Below are positions 36,345 through 48,500 of a stretch of DNA of 64,000 nucleotides, in pieces. Every line of letters starts with the position of its first letter. The first letter of the stretch is position 1. The notes under the pieces are model-generated. The model saw only the letters and a list, made by a program, of their open reading frames with translations. It did no database searches and was not told the DNA's origin. Source of the stretch: the human T2T-CHM13v2.0 reference genome, Homo sapiens; the NCBI RefSeq assembly GCF_009914755.1, contig NC_060929.1. The stretch is one strand, 5' to 3'. Position numbers and translations under genes: made by a program.

Positions 36345-39080
36345 GTGCAATTGGCAAGTGGAGATTTCAAGCGCTTTAAGGTCAATGGCAGAAAAGGAAA
36401 TATCTTCGTTTCAAAACTAGAGAGAATCATTCCCAAAAACTGCGTTGTGATGTGTTCGTTCATCTCACAGAGTTTAACCTTTCTTTTCATAGAGCAGTTA
36501 GGAAACAGTCTGTTTGTAAATTCTGTAAGTGGATATTCTGAAATCTTGTGGCCTTCGTTGGAAACGGGATTTCTTCATATTCTGCTAGACAGAAGAATTC
36601 TCAGAATCTTCCTTGTGTTGTGTGTATTCAACTCACAGAGTTGAACGATGGTTTACACAGAGCAGATTTGAAACACTCTTTTTGTGGAATTTGCAAGTGG
36701 AGATTTCAGCCGCTTTGAGGTCAATGGTAGAAAAGGAAATATCTTCGTATAAAAACTAGACAGAATGATTCTCAGAAACTTCTTTGTGATGTGTGCGTTC
36801 AACTCACAGAGTTTAACCTTTCTTTTCATAGAGCAGTTAGGAAACACTCTGTTTGTAAACTCTGCAACTGGATATTCAGACCTCTTTGAGGCCTTCGTTG
36901 GAAACGGGATTTCTTCATACTGTGCTAGACAGAAGAATTCTCAGTAACTTCCTTGTGTTGTGTGTATTCAACTCACAGAGTTGACCGATCCTTTACACAG
37001 AGCAGACTTGTAACACTCTTTTTGTGGAATTTGCAAGTGGAGATTTCAGCCGCTTTGAAGTCAAAGGTAGAAAAGGGAATATCTTCCTATAAAAACTAGA
37101 CAGAATGATTCTCAGAAACTCCTTTGTCATGTGTGCGTTCAACTCACAGAGTTTAACCTTTCTTTTCATAGAGCAGTTAGGAAACACTCTGTTTCTAAAG
37201 TCTGCAAGTGGATATTCAGACCTCTTTGAGGCCTTCGTTGGAAACGGGTTTTTTTCATATAAGGCTAGAGAGAAGAATTCCCAGTAACTTCCTTGTGTTG
37301 TGTGTGTTCAACTCACAGAGTTGAACTTTCATTTACACAGAGCAGATTTGAAACACTCTTTTTGTGGAATTTGCAAGTGGAGATTTCAAGCGCTGTGAGG
37401 CCAAAGGCAGAAAAGGAAATATCTTCGTATAAAAACTAGACAGAATCATTCTCAGAAACTGCTCTGCGATGTGTGCGTTCAACTCTCAGAGTTTAACTTT
37501 TCTTTTCATTCAGCAGTTTGGAAACACTCTGTTTGTAAAGTCTGCACGTGGATAATTTGACCACTTAGAGGCCTTCGTTGGAAACGGGTTTTTTTCATGT
37601 AAGGCTAGACAGAAGAATTCTCAGTAACTTCCTTGTGTTGTGTGTATTCAACTCACACAGTTGAACGATCCTTTACACAGAGCAGACTTGTAACACTCTT
37701 TTTGTGGAATTTGCAAGTGGAGATTTCAGCCGCTTTGAAGTCAAAGGTAGAAAAGGAAATATCTTCCTATAAAAACTAGACAGAAAGATTCTCAGAAACT
37801 CCTTTGTGATGTGTGCGTTCAACTCACAGAGTTTAACCTTTCTTTTCATAGAGCAGTTAGGAAACACTCTGTTTGTAAAGTCTGCAAGTGGATATTCAGA
37901 CCTCTTTGAGGCCTTCGTTGGAAACGGGTTTTTTTCATATAAGGCTAGAGAGAAGAATTCCCAGTAACTTCCTTGTGTTGTGTGTGTTCAACTCACAGAG
38001 TTGAACTTTCATTTACACAGAGCAGATTTGAAACACTCTTTTTGTGGAATTTGCAAGTGGAGATTTCAAGCGCTTTGAGGCCAAAGGCAGAAAAGGAAAT
38101 ATCTTCGTATAAAAACTAGACAGAATCATTCTCAGAAACTGCTCTGTGATGTGTGCGTTCAACTCTCAGAGTTTAACTTTTCTTTTCATTCAGCAGTTTG
38201 GAAACACTCTGTTTGTAAAGTCTGCACGTGGATAATTTGACCACTTAGAGGCCTTCGTTGGAAACGGGTTTTTTTCATGTAAGGCTAGACAGAAGAGTTC
38301 TCAGTAACTTCCTTGTGTTGTGTGTATTCAACTCACACAGTTGAACGATCCTTTACAGAGAGCAGACTTGTAACACTCTTTTTGTGGAATTTGCAAGTGG
38401 AGATTTCAGCCGCTTTGAAGTCAAAGTAGAAAAGGAAATATCTTCCTATAAAAACTAGACAGAATGATTCTCAGAAACTCTTTTGTGATGTGTGCGTTCA
38501 ACTCACAGAGTTTAACCTTTCTTTTCATAGAGCAGTTAGGAAACACTCTGCTTGTAAAGTCTGCAAGTGGATATTCAGCCCTCTTTGAGGCCTTCGTTGG
38601 AAACGGGTTTTTTTCATATAAGGCTAGACAGAAGAATTCCCAGTAACTTCCTTGTGTTGTGTGTGTTCAACTCACAGAGTTGAACTTTGATTTACACAGA
38701 GCAGATTTGAAACACTCTTTTTGTGGAATTTGCAAGTGGAGATTTCAAGCGCTTTGAGGCCAAAGGCAGAAAAGGAAATATCTTCGTATAAAAACTAGAC
38801 AGAATCATTCTCAGAAACTGCTCTGCGATGTGTGCGTTCAACTCTCAGAGTTTAACTTTTCTTTTCATTCAGCAGTTTGGAAACACTCTGTTTGTAAAGT
38901 CTGCACGTGGATATTTTGACCACTTAGAGGCCTTCGTTGGAAACGGGTTTTTTTCCTGTAAGGCTAGACAGAAGAATTCCCAGTAACTTCCTTGTGTTGT
39001 GTACATTCAACTCACAGAGTTGAACGTTCCCTTAGACAGAGCAGATTTGAAACACTCTTTTTGTGCAATTGGCAAGTGGA
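34860..39080 (+). repeat. ~4.2-kb copy of ~24330-28550 (offset 10532 bp)
   Basis: Shared rare variants ACAGAATTGAACG (~25765/36297), CTGAAATCTTG (~26006/36538), a T6 tract after a CENP-B box (~25699/36231) and AACTCTTTTG (~27944/38476). ORF-track patterns are offset by 10532. Confidence 0.88.
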
Positions 39081-40421
39081 GATTTCAAGCGCTTTGAGGT
39101 CAATGGCAGAAAAGGAAATATCTTCGTTTCAAAACTAGACAGAATCATTCCCACAAACTGCGTTGTGATGTGTTCGTTCAACTCACAGAGTTTAACCTTT
39201 CTTTTCATAGAGCAGTTAGGAAACAGTCTGTTTGAAAATTCTGTAAGTGGATATTCTGACATCTTGTGGCCTTCGTTGGAAACGGGATTTCTTCATATTC
39301 TGCTAGACAGAAGAATTCTCAGAATCTTCCTTGTGTTGTGTGTATTCAACTCACAGAGTTGAACGATGGTTTACACAGAGCAGATTTGAAACACTCATTT
39401 GGTGGAATTTGCAAGTGGAGATTTCAGCCGCTTTGAGGTCAATGGTAGAAAAGGAAATATCTTCGTATAACAACTAGACAGAATGATTCTCAGAAACTTC
39501 TTTGTGATGTGTGTGTTCAACTCACAGAGTTTAACCTTTCTTTTCATAGAGCAGTTAGGAAACACTGTGTTTTTAAACTCTGCAAGTGGATATTCAGACC
39601 TCTTTGAGGCCTTCGTTGGAAACGGGATTTCTTCATACTGTGCTAGACAGAAGAATTCTCAGTAACTTCCTTGTGTTGTGTGTATTCAACTCACAGAGTT
39701 GAACGATCCTTTACACAGAGCAGACTTGAAACACTCTTTTTGTGGAATTTGCAAGTGGAGATTTCAGCCGCGTTGAGGTCAATGGTAGAAAAGGAAATAT
39801 CTTCGTATAAAAACTAGACAGAATGATTCTCAGAAACTCCTTTGTGATGTGTGTGTTCAACTCACAGAGTTTAACATTTCTTTTCATAGAGCAGTTAGGA
39901 AACACTCTGTTTGTAAAGTCTGCAAGTGGATATTCAGACCTCTTTGAGGCCTTCGTTGGAAACGGGTTTTTTTCATATAAGGCTAGACAGAAGAATTCCC
40001 AGTAACTTCCTTGTGTTGTGTGTGTTCAACTCACAGAGTTGAACTTTCATTTACACAGAGCAGATTTGAAACACTCTTTTTGTGGAATTTGCAAGTGGAG
40101 ATTTCAAGCGCTTTGAGGCCAAAGGCAGAAAAGGAAATATCTTCGTATAAAAACTAGACAGAATCATTCTCAGAAACTGCTCTGTGATGTGTGCGTTCAA
40201 CTCTCAGAGTTTAACTTTTCTTTTCATTCAGCAGTTTGGAAACACTCTGTTTGTAAAGTCTGCACGTGGATATTTTGACCACTTAGAGGCCTTCGTTGGA
40301 AACGGGTTTTTTTCCTGTAAGGCTAGACAGAAGAATTCCCAGTAACTTCCTTGTGTTGTGTACATTCAACTCACAGAGTTGAACGTTCCCTTAGACAGAG
40401 CAGATTTGAAACACTCTTTTT
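39063..40421 (+). repeat. Unexpanded 8-mer HOR unit (1359 bp)
   Basis: Consecutive a2 markers (GTGCAATTGGCAAG) at 39063 and 40422; monomer order a2 b2 a3 b3 a4 b4 a1 b1. Confidence 0.92.
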
Positions 40422-43400
40422 GTGCAATTGGCAAGTGGAGATTTCAAGCGCTTTAAGGTCAATGGCAGAAAAGGAAATATCTTCGTTTCAAAACTAGACA
40501 GAATCATTCCCACAAACTGCGTTGTGATGTGTTCGTTCATCTCACAGAGTTTAACCTTTCTTTTCATAGAGCAGTTAGGAAACAGTCTGTTTGTAAATTC
40601 TGTAAGTGGATATTCTGACATCTTGTGGCCTTCGTTGGAAACGGGATTTCTTCATATTCTGCTAGACAGAAGAATTCTCAGAATCTTCCTTGTGTTGTGT
40701 GTATTCAACTCACAGAGTTGAACGATGGTTTACACAGAGCAGATTTGAAACACTCTTTTTGTGGAATTTGCAAGTGGAGATTTCAGCCGCTTTGAGGTCA
40801 ATGGTAGAAAAGGAAATATCTTCGTATAAAAACTAGACAGAATGATTCTCAGAAACTTCTTTGTGATGTGTGCGTTCAACTCACAGAGTTTAACCTTTCT
40901 TTTCATAGAGCAGTTAGGAAACACTCTGTTTGTAAACTCTGCAAGTGGATATTCAGACCTCTTTGAGGCCTTCGTTGGAAACGGGATTTCTTCATACTGT
41001 GCTAGACAGAAGAATTCTCAGTAACTTCCTTGTGTTGTGTGTATTCAACTCACAGAGTTGACCGATCCTTTACACAGAGCAGACTTGTAACACTCTTTTT
41101 GTGGAATTTGCAAGTGGAGATTTCAGCCGCTTTGAAGTCAAAGGTAGAAAAGGGAATATCTTCCTATAAAAACTAGACAGAATGATTCTCAGAAACTCCT
41201 TTGTGATGTGTGCGTTCAACTCACAGAGTTTAACCTTTCTTTTCATAGAGCAGTTAGGAAACACTCTGTTTCTAAAGTCTGCAAGTGGATATTCAGACCT
41301 CTTTGAGGCCTTCGTTGGAAACGGGTTTTTTTCATATAAGGCTAGAGAGAAGAATTCCCAGTTACTTCCTTGTGTTGTGTGTGTTCAACTCACAGAGTTG
41401 AACTTTCATTTACACAGAGCAGATTTGAAACACTCTTTTTGTGGAATTTGCAAGTGGAGATTTCAAGCGCTGTGAGGCCAAAGGCAGAAAAGGAAATATC
41501 TTCGTATAGAAACTAGACAGAATCGTTCTCAGAAACTGCTCTGCGATGTGTGCGTTCAACTCTCAGAGTTTAACTTTTCTTTTCATTCAGCAGTTTGGAA
41601 ACACTCTGTTTGTAAAGTCTGCACGTGGATAATTTGAACACTTAGAGGCCTTCGTTGGAAACGGGTTTTTTTCATGTAAGGCTAGACAGAAGAATTCTCA
41701 GTAACTTCCTTGTGTTGTGTGTATTCAACTCACACAGTTGAACGATCCTTTACACAAAGCAGACTTGTAACACTCTTTTTGTGGAATTTGCAAGTGGAGA
41801 TTTCAGCCGCTTTGAAGTCAAATGTAGAAAAGGAAATATCTTCCTATAAAAACTAGACAGAATGATTCTCAGAAACTCCTTTGTGATGTGTGCGTTCAAC
41901 TCACAGAGTTTAACCTTTCTTTTCATAGAGCAGTTAGGAAACACTCTGTTTGTAAAGTCTGCAAGTGGATATTCAGACCTGTTTGAGGCCTTCGTTGGAA
42001 ACGGGTTTTTTTCATATAAGGCTAGACAGAAGAATTCCCAGTAACTTCCTTGTGTTGTGTGTGTTCAACTCACAGAGTTGAACTTTCATTTACACAGAGC
42101 AGATTTGAAACACTCTTTTTGTGGAATTTGCAAGTGGAGATTTCAAGCGCTTTGAGGCCAAAGGCAGAAAAGGAAATATCTTCGTATAAAAACTAGACAG
42201 AATCATTCTCAGAAACTGCTCTGTGATGTGTGCGTTCAACTCTCAGAGTTTAACTTTTCTTTTCATTCAGCAGTTTGGAAACACTCTGTTTGTAAAGTCT
42301 GCACGTGGATAATTTGACCACTTAGAGGCCTTCGTTGGAAACGGGTTTTTTTCATGTAAGGCTAGACAGAAGAGTTCTCAGTAACTTCCTTGTGTTGTGT
42401 GTATTCAACTCACACAGTTGAACGATCCTTTACAGAGAGCAGACTTGTAACACTCTTTTTGTGGAATTTGCAAGTGGAGATTTCAGCCGCTTTGAAGTCA
42501 AAGTAGAAAAGGAAATATCTTCCTATAAAAACTAGACAGAATGATTCTCAGAAACTCCTTTGTGATGTGTGCGTTCAACTCACAGAGTTTAACCTTTCTT
42601 TTCATAGAGCAGTTAGGAAACACTCTGTTTGTAAAGTCTGCAAGTGGATATTCAGACCTCTTTGAGGCCTTCGTTGGAAACGGGTTTTTTTCATATAAGG
42701 CTAGACAGAAGAATTCCCAGTAACTTCCTTGTGTTGTGTGTGTTCAACTCACAGAGTTGAACTTTCATTTACACAGAGCAGATTTGAAACACTCTTTTTG
42801 TGGAATTTGCAAGTGGAGATTTCAAGCGCTTTGAGGCCAAAGGCAGAAAAGGAAATATCTTCGTATAAAAACTAGACAGAATCATTCTCAGAAACTGCTC
42901 TGCGATGTGTGCGTTCAACTCTCAGAGTTTAACTTTTCTTTTCATTCAGCAGTTTGGAAACACTCTGTTTGTAAAGTCTGCACGTGGATAATTTGACCAC
43001 TTAGAGGCCTTCGTTGGAAACGGGTTTTTTTCATGTAAGGCTAGACAGAAGAATTCTCAGTAACTTCCTTGTGTTGTGTGTATTCAACTCACAGAGTTGA
43101 ACGATCCTTTACACAGAGCAGACTTGTAACACTCTTTTTGTGGAATTTGCAAGTGGAGATTTCAGCCGCTTTGAAGTCAAAGGTAGAAAAGGAAATATCT
43201 TCCTATAAAAACTAGACAGAATGATTCTCAGAAACTCCTTTGTGATGTGTGCGTTCAACTCACAGAGTTTAACCTTTCTTTTAATAGAGCAGTTAGGAAA
43301 CACTCTGCTTGTAAAGTCTGCAAGTGGATATTCAGCCCTCTTTGAGGCCTTCGTTGGAAACGGGTTTTTTTCATATAAGGCTAGACAGAAGAATTCCCAG

Positions 43401-45517
43401 TAACTTCCTTGTGTTGTGTGTGTTCAACTCACAGAGTTGAACTTTGATTTACACAGAGCAGATTTGAAACACTCTTTTTGTGGAATTTGCAAGTGGAGAT
43501 TTCAAGCGCTTTGTGGCCAAAGGCAGAAAAGGAAATATCTTCGTATAAAAACTAGACAGAATCATTCTCAGAAACTGCTCTGCGATGTGTGCGTTCAACT
43601 CTCAGAGTTTAACTTTTCTTTTCATTCAGCAGTTTGGAAACACTCTGTTTGTAAAGTCTGCACGTGGATATTTTGACCACTTAGAGGCCTTCGTTGGAAA
43701 CGGGTTTTTTTCCTGTAAGGCTAGACAGAAGAATTCCCAGTAACTTCCTTGTGTTGTATACATTCAACTCACAGAGTTGAACGTTCCCTTAGACAGAGCA
43801 GATTTGAAACACTCTTTTTGTGCAATTGGCAAGTGGAGATTTCAAGCGCTTTGAGGTCAATGGCAGAAAAGGAAATATCTTCGTTTCAAAACTAGACAGA
43901 ATCATTCCCACAAACTGCGTTGTGATGTGTTCGTTCAACTCACAGAGTTTAACCTTTCTTTTCATAGAGCAGTTAGGAAACAGTCTGTTTGAAAATTCTG
44001 TAAGTGGATATTCTGACATCTTGTGGCCTTCATTGGAAACGGGATTTCTTCATATTCTGCTAGACAGAAGAAATCTCAGAATCTTCCTTGTGTTGTGTGT
44101 ATTCAACTCACAGAGTTGAACGATAGTTTACACAGAGCAGATTTGAAACACTCATTTGGTGGAATTTGCAAGTGGAGATTTCAGCCGCTTTGAGGTCAAT
44201 GGTAGAAAAGGAAATATCTTCGTATAACAACTAGACAGAATGATTCTCAGAAACTTCTTTGTGATGTGTGTGTTCAACTCACAGTGTTTAACCTTTCTTT
44301 TCATAGAGCAGTTAGGAAACACTGTGTTTTTAAACTCTGCAAGTGGATATTCAGACCTCTTTGAGGCCTTCGTTGGAAACGGGTTTCTTCATACTGTGCT
44401 AGACAGAAGAATTCTCAGTAACTTCCTTGTGTTGTGTGTATTCAACTCACAGAGTTGAACGATCCTTTACACAGAGCAGACTTGAAACACTCTTTTTGTG
44501 GAATTTGCAAGTGGAGATTTCAGCCGCGTTGAGGTCAATGGTAGAAAAGGAAATATCTTCGTATAAAAACTAGACAGAATGATTCTCAGAAACTCCTTTG
44601 TGATGTGTGTGTTCAACTCACAGAGTTTAACATTTCTTTTCATAGAGCAGTTAGGAAACACTCTGTTTGTAAAGTCTGCAAGTGGATATTCAGACCTCTT
44701 TGAGGCCTTCGTTGGAAACGGGTTTTTTTCATATAAGGCTAGACAGAAGAATTCCCAGTAACTTCCTTGTGTTGTGTGTGTTCAACTCACAGAGTTGAAC
44801 TTTCATTTACACAGAGCAGATTTGAAACACTCTTTTTGTGGAATTTGCAGGTGGAGATTTCAAGCGCTTTGAGGCCAAAGGCAGAAAAGGAAATATCTTC
44901 GTATAAAAACTAGACAGAATCATTCTCAGAAACTGCTCTGCGATGTGTGCGTTCAAGTCTCAGAGTTTAACTTTTCTTTTCATTCAGCAGTTTGGAAACA
45001 CTCTGTTTGTAAAGTCTGCACGTGGATAATTTGACCACTTAGAGGCCTTCGTTGGAAACGGGTTTTTTTCATGTAAGGCTAGACAGAAGAATTCTCAGTA
45101 ACTTCCTTGTGTTGTGTGTATTCAACTCACAGAGTTGAACGATCCTTTACACAGAGCAGACTTGTAACACTCTTTTTGTGGAATTTGCAAGTGGAGATTT
45201 CAAGCGCTTTGAGGCCAAAGGCAGAAAAGGAAATATCTTCGTATAAAAACTAGACAGAATCATTCTCAGAAACTGCTCTGCGATGTGTGCGTTCAACTCT
45301 CAGAGTTTAACTTTTCTTTTCATTCAGCAGTTTGGAAACACTCTGTTTGTAAAGTCTGCACGTGGATATTTTGACCACTTAGAGGCCTTCGTTGGAAACG
45401 GGTTTTTTTCCTTTAAGGCTAGACAGAAGAATTCCCAGTAACTTCCTTGTGTTGTGTACATTCAACTCACAGGGTTGAACGTTCCCTTAGACAGAGCAGA
45501 TTTGAAACACTCTTTTT

Positions 45518-48500
45518 GTGCAATTGGCAAGTGGAGATTTCAAGCGCTTTAAGGTCAATGGCAGAAAAGGAAATATCTTCGTTTCAAAACTAGACAGAAT
45601 CATTCCCAAAAACTGCGTTGTGATGTGTTCGTTCATCTCACAGAGTTTAACCTTTCTTTTCATAGAGCAGTTAGGAAACACTCTGTTTGTAAATTCTGTA
45701 AGTGGATATTCTGACATCTTGTGGCCTTCGTTGGAAACGGGATTTCTTCATATTCTGCTAGACAGAAGAATTCTCAGAATCTTCCTTGTGTTGTGTGTAT
45801 TCAACTCACACAGTTGAACGATGGTTTACACAGAGCAGATTTGAAACACTCTTTTTGTGGAATTTGCAAGTGGAGATTTCAGCCGCTTTGAGGTCAATGG
45901 TAGAAAAGGAAATATCTTCGTATAACAACTAGACAGAATGATTCTCAGAAACTTCTTTGTGATGTGTGCGTTCAACTCACAGAGTTTAACCTTTCTTTTC
46001 ATAGAGCAGTTAGGAAACACTCTGTTTGTAAACTCTGCAAGTGGATATTCAGACCTCTTTGAGGCCTTCGTTGGAAACGGGATTTCTTCATACTGTGCTA
46101 GACAGAAGAATTCTCAGTAACTTCCTTGTGTTGTGTGTATTCAACTCACAGAGTTGAACGATCCTTTACACAGAGCAGACTTGGAACACTCTTTTTGTGG
46201 AATTTGCAAGTGGAGATTTCAGCCGCGTTGAGGTCAATGGTAGAAAAGGAAATATCTTCGTATAAAAACTAGACAGAATGATTCTCAGAAACTCCTTTGA
46301 GATGTGTGTGTTCAACTCACAGAGTTTAACCTTTCTTTTCATAGAGCAGTTAGGAATCACTCTGTTTGTAAAGTCTGCAAGTGGATATTCAGACCTCTTT
46401 GAGGCCTTCGTTGGAAACGGGTTTTTTTCATATAAGGCTAGACAGAAGAATTCCCAGTAACTTCCTTGTGTTGTGTGTGTTCAACTCACAGAGTTGAACT
46501 TTCATTTACACAGAGCAGATTTGAAACACTCTTTTTGTGGAATTTGCAAATGGAGATTTCAAGCGCTTTGAGGCCAAAGGCAGAAAAGGAAATATCTTCG
46601 TATAAAAACTAGACAGAATCATTCTCAGAAACTGCTCTGCGATGTGTGCGTTCAACTCTCAGAGTTTAACTTTGCTTTTCATTCAGCAGTTTGGAAACAC
46701 TCTGTTTGTAAAGTCTGCACGTGGATAATTTGACCACTTAGAGGCCTTCGTTGGAAACGGGTTTTTTTCATGTAAGGCTAGACAGAAGAATTCTCAGTAA
46801 CTTCCTTGTGTTGTGTGTATTCAACTCACAGAGTTGAACGATCCTTTACACAGAGCAGACTTGTAACACTCTTTTTGTGGAATTTGCAAGTGGAGATTTC
46901 AGCCGCTTTGAAGTCAAATGTAGAAAAGGAAATATCTTCCTATAAAAACTAGACAGAATGATTCTCAGAAACTCCTTTGTGATGTGTGCGTTCAACTCAC
47001 AGAGTTTAACCTTTCTTTTCATAGAGCAGTTAGGAAACACTGTGTTTTTAAACTCTGCAAGTGGATATTCAGACCTCTTTGAGGCCTTCGTTGGAAACGG
47101 GTTTCTTCATACTGTGCTAGACAGAAGAATTCTCAGTAACTTCCTTGTGTTGTGTGTATTCAACTCACAGAGTTGAACGATCCTTTACACAGAGCAGACT
47201 TGAAACACTCTTTTTGTGGAATTTGCAAGTGGAGATTTCAGCCGCGTTGAGGTCAATGGTAGAAAAGGAAATATCTTCGTATAAAAACTAGACAGAATGA
47301 TTCTCAGAAACTCCTTTGTGATGTGTGTGTTCAACTCACAGAGTTTAACATTTCTTTTCATAGAGCAGTTAGGAAACACTCTGTTTGTAAAGTCTGCAAG
47401 TGGATATTCAGACCTCTTTGAGGCCTTCGTTGGAAACGGGTTTTTTTCATATAAGGCTAGACAGAAGAATTCCCAGTAACTTCCTTGTGTTGTGTGTGTT
47501 CAACTCACAGAGTTGAACTTTCATTTACACAGAGCAGATTTGAAACACTCTTTTTGTGGAATTTGCAGGTGGAGATTTCAAGTGCTTTGAGGCCAAAGGC
47601 AGAAAAGGAAATATCTTCGTATAAAAACTAGACAGAATCATTCTCAGAAACTGCTCTGCGATGTGTGCGTTCAACTCTCAGAGTTTAACTTTTCTTATCA
47701 TTCAGCAGTTTGGAAACACTCTGTTTGTAAAGTCTGCACGTGGATAATTTGACCACTTAGAGGCCTTCGTTGGAAACGGGTTTTTTTCCTGTAAGGCTAG
47801 ACAGAAGAATTCCCAGTAACTTCCTTGTGTTGTGTACATTCAACTCACAGAGTTGAACGTTCCCTTAGACAGAGCAGATTTGAAACACTCTTTTTGTGCA
47901 ATTGGCAAGTGGAGATTTCAAGCGCTTTAAGGTCAATGGCAGAAAAGGAAATATCTTCGTTTCAAAACTAGACAGAATCATTCCCAAAAACTGCGTTGTG
48001 ATGTGTTCGTTCATCTCACAGAGTTTAACCTTTCTTTTCATAGAGCAGTTAGGAAACACTCTGTTTGTAAATTCTGTAAGTGCATATTCTGACATCTTGT
48101 GGCCTTCGTTGGAAACGGGATTTCTTCATATTCTGCTAGACAGAAGAATTCTCAGAATCTTCCTTGTGTTGTGTGTATTCAACTCACACAGTTGAACGAT
48201 GGTTTACACAGAGCAGATTTGAAACACTCTTTTTGTGGAATTTGCAAGTGGAGATTTCAGCCGCTTTGAGGTCAATGGTAGAAAAGGAAATATCTTCGTA
48301 TAACAACTAGACAGAATGATTCTCAGAAACTTCTTTGTGATGTGTGCGTTCAACTCACAGAGTTTAACCTTTCTTTTCATAGAGCAGTTAGGAAACACTC
48401 TGTTTGTAAACTCTGCAAGTGGATATTCAGACCTCTTTGAGGCCTTCGTTGGAAACGGGATTTCTTCATACTGTGCTAGACAGAAGAATTCTCAGTAACT

